From assembly GCA_030615175.1 (NCBI GenBank), contig JAUWZX010000001.1, positions 346,029 through 410,028 of the forward strand: a stretch of 64,000 bases of DNA, in the 5' to 3' direction. The notes under the pieces were generated by a model that saw nothing but the letters and a program-made list of their open reading frames with translations, made no database searches and was not told where the DNA came from. The number at the start of each line of letters is the position of its first letter. The first letter of the stretch is position 1. The position numbers were made by a program, and so were the translations under genes. This DNA comes from Candidatus Parvarchaeota archaeon (GTDB lineage: Archaea > Nanobdellota > Nanobdellia > WJKC01). Positions 9,637 through 17,923 of this stretch are shown in pieces.

Positions 9637-9710
9637 TGGTGCGGTCGCCGGGAGTCGAACCCGGGCTGCGAGCTTGGAAGGCTCGTGTCCTACCATTAGA
9701 CTACGACCGC
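9637..9710 (-). tRNA. tRNA-Gly(TCC), CCA encoded
   Basis: GCGGTCG acceptor stem, CGAGC-CT-TCC-AA-GCTCG anticodon arm, TTCGACT T-loop, ACCA end. Confidence 0.97.
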
Positions 9711-9768
9711 AACAATTAATGAGATAATAATAATTCTTTTAAAAAGGTTTTTCATTTATAAATAAGGG

Positions 9769-10503
9769 ATGAGGATTGTTTCATGGAATGTTAATGGCAT
9801 ACGCTCAATTCATAAGAAAGGATTTCTAGAATGGTTTAGCAGAGAATTACCTGACATCCTGTGCCTGCAGGAGACAAGGGTTAATGAGGAGTGTATTCCG
9901 GAGGAATTACTAAAAATAAATGATTATTATTCTTACTGGAATCATGCAGAAAGAAAAGGTTATAGTGGGGTGTGCGTTTACACAAAAAAGAAGCCTTTGA
10001 AAGTGAAGAAATTATTTAATGAGCAGGGAAGAGCGTTAGTTCTCAAGTACTCTGACTTCATGCTTGTGAATATTTACTTCCCTCATGGCGGCAGGGGCAA
10101 GGAAAGATTACCATATAAGTTAAGGGTTTATGATGAATTCCTCAGCATGCTAAAGAAGGGGCCGGTAATCTTGTGCGGGGACTTTAACGTGGCTCATAAG
10201 GAATTAGACTTGGCAAGACCTCGCAGTAACTTGAATAACGTGATGTTCACTCCTGAAGAGCGAGCAAGGATTGACAGCATCATTAGTAAAGGATTCATTG
10301 ATTCATTCAGGGAATTCCATAAGGAAGGAGGGCATTACACTTGGTGGCCCTACATGCATCACGCGCGTGCAAGAAATATTGGCTGGCGCATTGATTATGT
10401 GTTCATTTCACAAGCATTAAAGGAATCATTAAAGAAAGCATTCATAATGAAGGAAGTGCCCGGCTCTGACCATTGCCCTGCTGGAGTGGAAATCAATGTT
10501 TAA
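9769..10503 (+). CDS. xth: Exodeoxyribonuclease III / AP endonuclease
   Basis: SWNVNGIR, LCLQET, GYSGV, CGDFNVAH, GWRIDY, SDHCP. Confidence 0.96.
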   Translation: MRIVSWNVNGIRSIHKKGFLEWFSRELPDILCLQETRVNEECIPEELLKINDYYSYWNHAERKGYSGVCVYTKKKPLKVKKLFNEQGRALVLKYSDFMLVNIYFPHGGRGKERLPYKLRVYDEFLSMLKKGPVILCGDFNVAHKELDLARPRSNLNNVMFTPEERARIDSIISKGFIDSFREFHKEGGHYTWWPYMHHARARNIGWRIDYVFISQALKESLKKAFIMKEVPGSDHCPAGVEINV

Positions 10504-10549
10504 TAATTTTTCAAAGAATTTATTAATGCAATATTATTAATTATTAATC

Positions 10550-11347
10550 ATGGCAAGACGGAAGAAGAATGAAGGGAAGATTAAGTTAATGAGTCAGGGT
10601 AGGAGGATTAGTATCATACACCGCAGGATTAATTTCAAGAAGCCGTTAATAATTGCGGGTTTTCAAGGAATAGGACTCGTCGGAACTTTAAGCGCGCAGT
10701 ACATTGTAAGTAAATTAAAACTCGAGCAAATAGGGCATATTAATAGCGAGGAATTACCGCCACTTGCAGTATTAGTGAATGGTTCATTAATGCATCCGAT
10801 AAGAATATTCACGAATAAGAATAAGGATTTAATCATTATTGAATCAGAACTGCCAATACCAAGAAAACTTGTTTACAGGATGAGTGATGAAATAACCAGT
10901 TGGGCTAAGAAGATTAAGGCAAAGGGAATAATATGTTTTGAAGGCATTGCAATACCACCAGGAGGTAAAGGAGGGAAACTGGATGTTTACAGTATTTCAA
11001 CAACCAAGGTGTTAAGGGAGAAACTTGACGATCACGTGAATGAATTAAAGAATGGGATAGTGATAGGAATGAGTGCTGCAATACTGCTTCAATCAAAGGA
11101 TAAGAAATTAAATGCCAGCTGCTTAATGAGTGAAAGCAAGGTTAACGTTCCTGATGGCATGGCAGCTTCTGCAATAATTAAGAAGTTCAACCAGATTTAT
11201 GGTTACAAAATAAACACTTCTGAACTTGAAAAGCAGGCCAAGGAGTTTGAGAAAAAACTAGGCAAGATCTTAAGTCATACAAAGCAATTCTCTTTAATGG
11301 AAGCAGCGAAGGTAATGAAGGAGAAGCCGCCAGTAATTTATGGTTAA
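10550..11347 (+). CDS. PAC2-family proteasome assembly chaperone (PbaA/PbaB-like)
   Basis: GFQGIGLVG, HPIRIF, PDGMAAS; C-terminal HbYX-like IYG. Confidence 0.85.
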   Translation: MARRKKNEGKIKLMSQGRRISIIHRRINFKKPLIIAGFQGIGLVGTLSAQYIVSKLKLEQIGHINSEELPPLAVLVNGSLMHPIRIFTNKNKDLIIIESELPIPRKLVYRMSDEITSWAKKIKAKGIICFEGIAIPPGGKGGKLDVYSISTTKVLREKLDDHVNELKNGIVIGMSAAILLQSKDKKLNASCLMSESKVNVPDGMAASAIIKKFNQIYGYKINTSELEKQAKEFEKKLGKILSHTKQFSLMEAAKVMKEKPPVIYG

Positions 11348-11969
11348 GGCATTCATCCTTGACTTTGATGGAACATTAATTGACTCGCATGAAGTTCACG
11401 TGAAGTCATTCACTGGACCACTGCACTCGAGAGGATTATTCACTACTCAGCGTGACTTAAAGAAGTTCTTCGGCCTGCAGGAAGAAGAAATTTTAACAAA
11501 GTTATTCCCAGATATTTCTAAAAAAGTTTTAAATGAAATAATGAAGGAGAAACGCATGGAGTTCATTAAGAATGTTAACATTGTTAAGAAAAAAGAATGC
11601 GCTGATGAATTGCTTAAAACCCTTAATTCAAAAGGCGTTGTTGCATTAGCAACTAATTGTCATGAAAGCGAAGTATTAGCAGTTATTAATTACTTTAATT
11701 GGAGTCATTACTTTAAAGAAGTCGTTAGCAGTTATGAAGTATCCAGGCCGAAGCCGGCTCTTGACATCTTGTTATTCGTTATTAAAATCCTTAAAGTTAA
11801 GCAGGAGGAATGTGTTTTCATAGGGGACACTGTTTATGATGCAATGAGTGCTCAAGCAGCTGGCATTGAATTCATTGGAGTGAATAATAATCCTGAAGTA
11901 ATTGAGGAATTTAAGGCATTAGGGGTTAAGAAAATTCATAAGGATTTATGCTCTATTTCTTCTTTTTAA
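11340..11969 (+). CDS. HAD-superfamily phosphatase
   Basis: DFDGTLIDS, PKP, FIGDTVYD. Confidence 0.9.
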   Translation: MVKAFILDFDGTLIDSHEVHVKSFTGPLHSRGLFTTQRDLKKFFGLQEEEILTKLFPDISKKVLNEIMKEKRMEFIKNVNIVKKKECADELLKTLNSKGVVALATNCHESEVLAVINYFNWSHYFKEVVSSYEVSRPKPALDILLFVIKILKVKQEECVFIGDTVYDAMSAQAAGIEFIGVNNNPEVIEEFKALGVKKIHKDLCSISSF

Positions 11970-12363
11970 AGGCTTCTTTAATATTCTGGTAAACAATTGG
12001 CGGAATCTGGCTTAGTATTAATATTAATCCAATACTCGCAATTAATAATCCGAACGTTAATGTCTGAATAACCGCTAAGTCGTATAATGCTTCATTAGTC
12101 TTCTGAAATATTAACACGTTGCCAGCAATGAATAAGGCAAAGCCAATGAATAATAATAATCTGAATAAATTAACATCCTTCCTTGACATATCTTTATTAA
12201 GGATTGTTATCCCAGCACCTGCTAGTAATGAAATAACTATTATGAGCGCGTTTATTAATGAGTACTCCTCTGATTCAATGAAACTGCTTATTAAGAGATA
12301 AAAAATTATTGCCATAAGGGTTATCATTGACCCTCTAACTAAGTGCGAGCTGATTTCCTTCAT
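11953..12363 (-). CDS. Hypothetical membrane protein (~4 TM)
   Basis: Four hydrophobic segments. Confidence 0.7.
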   Translation of the reverse strand: MKEISSHLVRGSMITLMAIIFYLLISSFIESEEYSLINALIIVISLLAGAGITILNKDMSRKDVNLFRLLLFIGFALFIAGNVLIFQKTNEALYDLAVIQTLTFGLLIASIGLILILSQIPPIVYQNIKEAFKKKK

Positions 12364-12378
12364 TAATTAATTATTTAA

Positions 12379-12442
12379 TTAATAAGTAATTATTAATCTT
12401 TCTTTTTGAATTAATAAGTAATCATTAATCTTTCTTTTTGAA
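12379..12442. repeat. 32-bp tandem duplication spanning the stop codon of the DedA-like gene
   Basis: ttaataagtaat(t/c)attaatctttctttttgaa occurs twice. Confidence 0.9.
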
Positions 12443-13192
12443 TTTCTTGAATAATTTTTCCCAGTCAATAATTACTATTAGGAAGATTAGTAGTATGGTA
12501 ATTATTAGTGTGATATTGCTTACTAACGGATTCTGAGTGCTCACTGCAGTGCCGTCAACTATTTTTAGGCCGTAAAGGCTTAGCACGAATTGCCCTGCAG
12601 GGAATGCTTTTGCAATTACTGAGAATCCTGAGACTGTCATTGTCATGGCTACTTTGCCAATGAACGCCGCTGTTAATGACTTCTTTAATGAGTACTTGGC
12701 CATGCCTAAGGCAATGAGTAAGATATCGTCTGGTAGTGGCGTTGCCGCGAAAAGTATTATTAATGGGAATCCGAAACCCTTGCTAATTAACGCTTTTAAG
12801 CCCTTGATATTCTTTGATAACATGCCTTTCTTCTTGTCTATTTCAGCAATCTCTCCAGCCCCCCTGCCTATCAGCCACGCGCTTAACTCGCCAATCGCAG
12901 CCCCGAGTCCTGCGAATAATCCGATTATTAATGGATTAACTGGCAGCATTATTATTACGCTTGCAAGCGCTAGTAAGTATGGGACTGGAAGTATTACTGT
13001 GAAGTTGCCAATAATGCTTAACAGGAATATTGCGGTGTAAACCCCTATTTCCCCGAATGAGTCATAATACTCTTGAGTGAAATTAATCATTAAACCTGCT
13101 AAGTCAATGTTTAATGTTAGAAATATTATGATTCCAATTATTATTCCTATTACTCCTACAATTATTAGTGCTCGTTCGTATTCCTTCTTCAT
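12425..13192 (-). CDS. DedA/VTT-domain membrane protein
   Basis: LPVPY, GAAIGELSAWLIGRG, AATPLPDD, FIGK; start MKKEY overlaps the dys stop codon (ATGA). Confidence 0.85.
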   Translation of the reverse strand: MKKEYERALIIVGVIGIIIGIIIFLTLNIDLAGLMINFTQEYYDSFGEIGVYTAIFLLSIIGNFTVILPVPYLLALASVIIMLPVNPLIIGLFAGLGAAIGELSAWLIGRGAGEIAEIDKKKGMLSKNIKGLKALISKGFGFPLIILFAATPLPDDILLIALGMAKYSLKKSLTAAFIGKVAMTMTVSGFSVIAKAFPAGQFVLSLYGLKIVDGTAVSTQNPLVSNITLIITILLIFLIVIIDWEKLFKKFKKKD

Positions 13193-14076
13193 GCTAAGTA
13201 CCCTGCCATTATTGGTAAAGCAATTGTTGCGTCGCATAATACTTCAACGCGTTTTGCTTTTTGATTAATCTTACCCCAACTAATGCCTTCCCTTAACTCA
13301 GCGCCTGATAATCCTCCAGGGCTTGGAGTGTCAGTTGTTATTTGCACTGCGTAACTGGCATTTTTCGGCGTGAATTGTAATGCTTGCATTATGTGATTCT
13401 TCGGCACTCCTCCTCCAATAATTATTATTCCTGCTTTCTTAGCAGTCCATGCTAAATCAATTATTTCTTTTAAGTCCTTGAATTGGTTTATTCTTATTTC
13501 CTTGTTCAGTGCTAATTGTATTCCCAGCCCGCAGTCAGTGAATGCAGGGCAGAATATTGGCACTTTTTTTTTGGCTGCAGTCCTCATTATTGAATTATCA
13601 TCCTTTAACTTTTTACCCAAGAACCATATGAATTCCTTTACACTCATTCCTGAACTGAACTCCAATCCCTGCACGAAGTCTTCCATTGCCCCGTATACTT
13701 CGTTGTGCATGTAAACATCATAGATTCTGTTAAACCCTTTCTTGCGTAATTCCTTATCGCTTGCCTGACTGTCCCCTTGCAAGTGATGATAACCAAGTGC
13801 TTCTGCTAAGTCATGAGTTAAGTTAGCACCAGTAGTTACTAAAACGTCAATGTATCCTTTGTTTATCCAGTCCCTTATTATTCGCCTCATGCCTGCTGGA
13901 ATCATTGCACCAGCGAGTCCGAAGAACTTTCTGCACTCAGAGTCTTTTATCATTTCTTCATAAATCAAACAAGCCTTTGCTAAGCGCTTGCCGTTAAACC
14001 CTGTATCTTTCATTAGATTAATAATTCTTTTAATACTGGCTTCTTTAGGAATCCTTATTTGATTGACATTCTTCAT
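13189..14076 (-). CDS. dys: Deoxyhypusine synthase
   Basis: TTGANLTHD, PAFTD, GGGVPKNH, GGLSGA..E.ISWGK, DATIALP. Confidence 0.95.
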   Translation of the reverse strand: MKNVNQIRIPKEASIKRIINLMKDTGFNGKRLAKACLIYEEMIKDSECRKFFGLAGAMIPAGMRRIIRDWINKGYIDVLVTTGANLTHDLAEALGYHHLQGDSQASDKELRKKGFNRIYDVYMHNEVYGAMEDFVQGLEFSSGMSVKEFIWFLGKKLKDDNSIMRTAAKKKVPIFCPAFTDCGLGIQLALNKEIRINQFKDLKEIIDLAWTAKKAGIIIIGGGVPKNHIMQALQFTPKNASYAVQITTDTPSPGGLSGAELREGISWGKINQKAKRVEVLCDATIALPIMAGYLA

Positions 14077-14103
14077 TAGAATAAATTAATTAATTTGATA
14101 TTT

Positions 14104-14532
14104 TTAAATTGTTCCAATTGAGTTAATCAGTAATTCAAGATTTTTGTGAAACTTTTCATCATACTTTTTCAACTTCTTGTACTTATCATGCCTGCCAGCA
14201 TGAGTGCACGCGTATAAGATTCCACTAATTATTAATGGAAGTGAAAGTCCTATGAATATTGGCCAGCATTTTTCAGGACTGTATGTAAGAAAGCTGCAAC
14301 CAATTAAGAAGAATGGCACTTCCTCTATCACTGTGCATAAACTAGGGCCTTTCCAACTTTTAGTTTTGCTTTTAAGATGACAGTAATACTTGCTGTAAGA
14401 GTTTTTAAGGTAATCATTTAAGGATGCGGAGTCCCCGTTACTGTATAATTCTTCACTACGCGAGTCTAATGATTTTAATAATTTATTATGTCCCTTGCTC
14501 TTTATGAAACTCTTAAGGTGCTTGTAATCCAT
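14104..14532 (-). CDS. Hypothetical protein, 2 TM
   Basis: Open frame with its own TATA; two hydrophobic segments. Confidence 0.65.
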   Translation of the reverse strand: MDYKHLKSFIKSKGHNKLLKSLDSRSEELYSNGDSASLNDYLKNSYSKYYCHLKSKTKSWKGPSLCTVIEEVPFFLIGCSFLTYSPEKCWPIFIGLSLPLIISGILYACTHAGRHDKYKKLKKYDEKFHKNLELLINSIGTI

Positions 14533-14610
14533 GAGAATTTGAGTTATGCAAATTACTTATAAACTTTTGCATCAAAACCTTTAAAAACCCTCATTAATAC
14601 TTATTTAATT

Positions 14611-14670
14611 GCCACTGTGTCACCCAACACAGGAAGGACTTCTTTATTGAAGTCCTTCTCATTTTTTTTT
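14611..14670 (+). ncRNA. Candidate small RNA: two hairpins plus T-tract
   Basis: TATA tttaaaaa 14580-14587; stems CTGTGT/ACACAG and GAAGGACTTC/GAAGTCCTTC; T9 tail. Confidence 0.45.
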
Positions 14671-14713
14671 AATAATAGAAATCCTTAAATAATCTCATGT
14701 TCATTTTAATATT

Positions 14714-14830
14714 TGCCAGCGGCCATAACTTAAGTGGCAACACCTGATCCCATTCCGAACTCAGAAGTTAAGAACTTAAGTGTTATTGTGTGTACTGCGT
14801 AACACGCGGGAAATCAATAAGTTGCTGGCA
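14714..14830 (+). rRNA. rrf: 5S rRNA (stand-alone)
   Basis: TGCCAGC/GCTGGCA terminal helix, GGCCATA, CACCTGATCCCATTCCGAACTCAGAAGTTAAG, GTACTG..GGGAAA; own TATA and T-tract. Confidence 0.95.
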
Positions 14831-14871
14831 TTTCATTTTTTTTTCCGTCAACGCTTTTTCTAAAAGGGTTG

Positions 14872-14910
14872 CGCGGGAAATCAATAAGTTGCTGGCATTT
14901 CATTTTTTTT
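14872..14910. repeat. 39-bp direct repeat of the 5S rRNA 3' end and terminator (other copy 14805..14843)
   Basis: cgcgggaaatcaataagttgctggcatttcatttttttt occurs twice. Confidence 0.95.
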
Positions 14911-15433
14911 CAAGGATTAAATTAATTAAGTTTCTGAATGCCTTTTTCACGTTCTCGCCTGTCATTGCTGACGTTTTATAATACGCTTTAATTTCTTCTT
15001 TATGTTCTTTAAGAAATTTATTAATTAACTCATCCGTTTCTTCATCTTCTACATACTTGTCTAATTTATTCCCTAAGAGTATTGTCTGGCATTTATTATA
15101 ATCTTTATTATTCTCTTTGTTTACTCTAATCCAGTACTCTAAATTATTCAGTAGGTTAGGTCTTTCCAGGTCATAAACTAATATTAAGCCTTCTGGAGAG
15201 TTCTTGAATACGTTTTTTTTTAATTGCTTGAATCTATGCTGCCCTCCTAATTCTTGTATTAATAAATTAATTTTCTTACCATTCACTACTAAATCCTTAT
15301 TTGAGGAATTTACGTTTATCGTTTGTTTATACCCATGACTAAACTCATTTTTAGTGAATTTTGAGATTAATGATGACTTGCCAACGGCTGGCCCTCCAAC
15401 GAGCGCAATTTTGAACGAATAATCATCATTCAT
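14900..15433 (-). CDS. Rab/Ras-like small GTPase
   Basis: G1 GGPAVGKS, G2 YKQTI, G3 variant ELGGQ.RF, LVYD, G4 GNKLD, G5 TSAMTGENV..AF. Confidence 0.92.
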   Translation of the reverse strand: MNDDYSFKIALVGGPAVGKSSLISKFTKNEFSHGYKQTINVNSSNKDLVVNGKKINLLIQELGGQHRFKQLKKNVFKNSPEGLILVYDLERPNLLNNLEYWIRVNKENNKDYNKCQTILLGNKLDKYVEDEETDELINKFLKEHKEEIKAYYKTSAMTGENVKKAFRNLINLILEKK

Positions 15434-15464
15434 TACTTTTCTTAATTGCTTAAGTATTATTTAA

Positions 15465-15548
15465 AGATTATCAAGAAGCCCTCTTAAAGGAGGGCTCCTT
15501 GAAGTCTTTTGAGGGATAATAACAACACGGACAAGGAGTGTTGTTACC
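15465..15548 (-). ncRNA. Candidate small RNA or structured leader: two hairpins
   Basis: BRE/TATA cgaaaaatttataaa upstream; stems TAACAACAC/GTGTTGTTA and TCAAGGAGCCCTC/GAGGGCTTCTTGA (G-U pair only on the minus strand). Confidence 0.45.
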
Positions 15549-15661
15549 AAAACCTATTTTTAAGGAGTTCATTTATAAATTTTTCGGTGTCTTTTATTTT
15601 TTTATTAAATAATTTTATCTAAAGTTTTATATTATTTAATTGTCTTTTTTTATAATTAGTT

Positions 15662-15922
15662 ATGGCTGAGGGTTCGAAACTGACAAGGCTTGCCGGCTTT
15701 ATTTTATTAATAATTGGTGTTCTAGGGACCTGGGGCGGCTTAAGCGTTATGTTCGAGTTTTATAACCCATTGGGTGATTTTACTGTTGGTTTATTTAATA
15801 TTACTAATTTATTCTTTTCTGACTTGGCTGCAATTATTTTCTGGTTCATAATAATCTTATTAGGACTTGCCTTATTAACTCCTAAGGGCATAGGGTATTT
15901 TTACGTTCTTAAGCGACGGTAA
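15662..15922 (+). CDS. Small 2-TM membrane protein
   Basis: Two hydrophobic helices; own TATA. Confidence 0.75.
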   Translation: MAEGSKLTRLAGFILLIIGVLGTWGGLSVMFEFYNPLGDFTVGLFNITNLFFSDLAAIIFWFIIILLGLALLTPKGIGYFYVLKRR

Positions 15923-15954
15923 AGTTTATTATTTAACAAGCACTTACTTTATTC

Positions 15955-16209
15955 ATGCCTGATATTGAGGAAGTAATTACTGCCTTAATTGCTGCTTTCG
16001 CAGTGTTAGGGTTTATTGGGTTTCTTGGAGAGTTCATCCCAGTCATTAATGAAGTTCCTTATTTATTCTCTATTCCTCATTACGTTTTCACATTGTTAGG
16101 CAACTTTATCGACCAGTATATTGCTATTGGTGCGGGTATTTGGGCTGCAATCATTGAAATAATAATTGCAGTACTCTTTGCTTACATTTCCTACGAAATA
16201 GGCATGTAA
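15955..16209 (+). CDS. Small 2-TM membrane protein
   Basis: Same architecture as its neighbours. Confidence 0.75.
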   Translation: MPDIEEVITALIAAFAVLGFIGFLGEFIPVINEVPYLFSIPHYVFTLLGNFIDQYIAIGAGIWAAIIEIIIAVLFAYISYEIGM

Positions 16210-16247
16210 ATTAATTTAAATCATTAACACCTTATTCTAATTACTTT

Positions 16248-16493
16248 ATGGCTTCAAGAATGTTGGGTTTAAAACTTGGAATTATATTTGTCATTATTAG
16301 TTTTTTGTATCTTACTCAAACAGGTTTGAAATATGTTTTACCTATTCCAGTTATTGATAACTTTATTGAGGGCTTTGCAATGCCTATAGAGGTTTTTGGC
16401 ATTAACTTTGTAATAATTGCATGGGTTTTTCTGGTTTTAGGGATAATAATTTTAGTAATAACATCGTTAGATTTACCCCCATTTAATTATTAA
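16248..16493 (+). CDS. Small 2-TM membrane protein
   Basis: Same architecture as its neighbours. Confidence 0.75.
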   Translation: MASRMLGLKLGIIFVIISFLYLTQTGLKYVLPIPVIDNFIEGFAMPIEVFGINFVIIAWVFLVLGIIILVITSLDLPPFNY

Positions 16494-16507
16494 GTTTCCT
16501 TAAGTAG

Positions 16508-17305
16508 TCAAATCTTTATTTTAGGCATATTCAATATTTTTTTTATTTCTATCTTTTTTATTTCTTTGAATTTTTTTTCAAGTTTTTTGGTTATTCTGCT
16601 AGGGTCTAATGCAAATTCAGTTTTTAGCAGACCAACACTTATTATTGGAATCTTTTTCCCGTAATTTTTTATAAATTCATTTATGTTAGGTCCTTCCATA
16701 TCTAGTCCGATATCCTTATCAAGTGTTAGGAATATCCAGTACTCGTCAAAACCTGGTTTCTCGCGGTGCCAGATTATTAAACCAACATCTTCTTTTGCAA
16801 AACGGTCTGCGAATAATTCTTTCTCACCTACGTGTTTTGTAAGTTCTTCTCTAAAAGTCTCATAATCTTTGTCTATTGTGTGGATAAGGCATCCAATCTT
16901 GAGTCTTCTGGTCATAATTCCTCTTGGCAAGTCCTTAGGTTTTTCTTTAAACTTGTAGTCAGCAGTGTCTGCAACTTCTTTTGCACCTATTTCCAGTCCA
17001 ATATCATGAATTGGGATTTTAGGATAATCCATATTGAATTGTTTTAAGTTAAGAAGGCCTTTGTTAGATATTTTTCCTTCTATAAAGGATTTTTTACCTC
17101 CAATAATCACTAGAATAAATTCATCAGGTTTAAATCTTCTTCTATGCTTCCAAAGATACGCACCACCCTTAATGCCGCCTTCTTCTTTGAATACACGCCC
17201 CTTAAGTTCACCATGAGCTCTTAATTCATCTTCTAAATGTTTAATATCCTTTGCATCTGCCATTGTAATGACGCAGATTTTAACAGGGTACTTCAATAAG
17301 GGCAT
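16508..17305 (-). CDS. Hypothetical protein with two internally repeated alpha/beta domains
   Basis: KICVI..EDELRAH..W.H...DEFILV..KIPIHDIGL versus KIGCLI..REELTKH..WH...DEYWIF..KIPIISVGL; SD GGTGAT. Confidence 0.7.
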   Translation of the reverse strand: MPLLKYPVKICVITMADAKDIKHLEDELRAHGELKGRVFKEEGGIKGGAYLWKHRRRFKPDEFILVIIGGKKSFIEGKISNKGLLNLKQFNMDYPKIPIHDIGLEIGAKEVADTADYKFKEKPKDLPRGIMTRRLKIGCLIHTIDKDYETFREELTKHVGEKELFADRFAKEDVGLIIWHREKPGFDEYWIFLTLDKDIGLDMEGPNINEFIKNYGKKIPIISVGLLKTEFALDPSRITKKLEKKFKEIKKIEIKKILNMPKIKI

Positions 17306-17420
17306 TCCATAATCACCTAATTATTATTTAGTAATTTATTAATTAATAAATGTATTGATAGTCCTTTTTTTTTAGAAATCTTTATATATAAGTGATTGTT
17401 TCTCTTGTGAAATTGTAACA

Positions 17421-17588
17421 ATGATGAAGTGCGAGTTATGCAATAACAAGGCTGGCGAGGTTAATTCCTGCCAGAACTGTGAAACTAATTACTGCCCTGT
17501 GTGCGGGGATTCTGAAAGGGAATTATGCAATGACTGCATCAACTTCAATGAAGTAATAAACAATGATGTTGAAGCATACGAAGGATAA
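17421..17588 (+). CDS. 55-aa zinc-finger microprotein (4 x CxxC)
   Basis: Manual translation MMKCELCNNKAGEVNSCQNCETNYCPVCGDSERELCNDCINFNEVINNDVEAYEG; upstream tttatatat TATA; below the ORF-track cutoff. Confidence 0.8.
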   Translation: MMKCELCNNKAGEVNSCQNCETNYCPVCGDSERELCNDCINFNEVINNDVEAYEG

Positions 17589-17595
17589 TCCTAAT

Positions 17596-17859
17596 TTAAG
17601 CAAGGTCTTCTTCTGCAATTACGACGAAGTCGCCTACAGCAACAACTGCGCTGAAAGGAATTTGAACCGCGCCACGCCTATTCTTCTCCAAGTCAAAAGT
17701 AGAAGAGTAAGTGGTAGGGTTATTAAGGATTATATAAATTAACTCACCAGTCCTGGTTTCGAAAATAATGTCATCAACCTTGCCAAAAGTCTTACCAGTC
17801 TTGCTTACAATAGTCTTACCTATAATTTTCCGTGAAGGAAACCGCTCCTCCTTAACCAT
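17596..17859 (-). CDS. PRC-barrel protein (CdpB-like cell-division family)
   Basis: IIGKTIVSKTGKTFGKVDDIIFETRTGEL...IPFSAVVAVGDFVVI. Confidence 0.88.
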   Translation of the reverse strand: MVKEERFPSRKIIGKTIVSKTGKTFGKVDDIIFETRTGELIYIILNNPTTYSSTFDLEKNRRGAVQIPFSAVVAVGDFVVIAEEDLA

Positions 17860-17923
17860 GAATTTTTAAGAAACCAGACAATAATATAAATCTATTGGTT
17901 ATAGGATTAATATACTGAAGTAG

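Noticed and set aside
14790..14981. 63-aa ORF
   Set aside because: It overlaps the 5S rRNA and is antisense to the GTPase.
14532..17600. Integrated virus or plasmid at the 5S rRNA
   Set aside because: The att-like repeats are only 28 bp apart, and no integrase, replication or capsid gene is recognisable.
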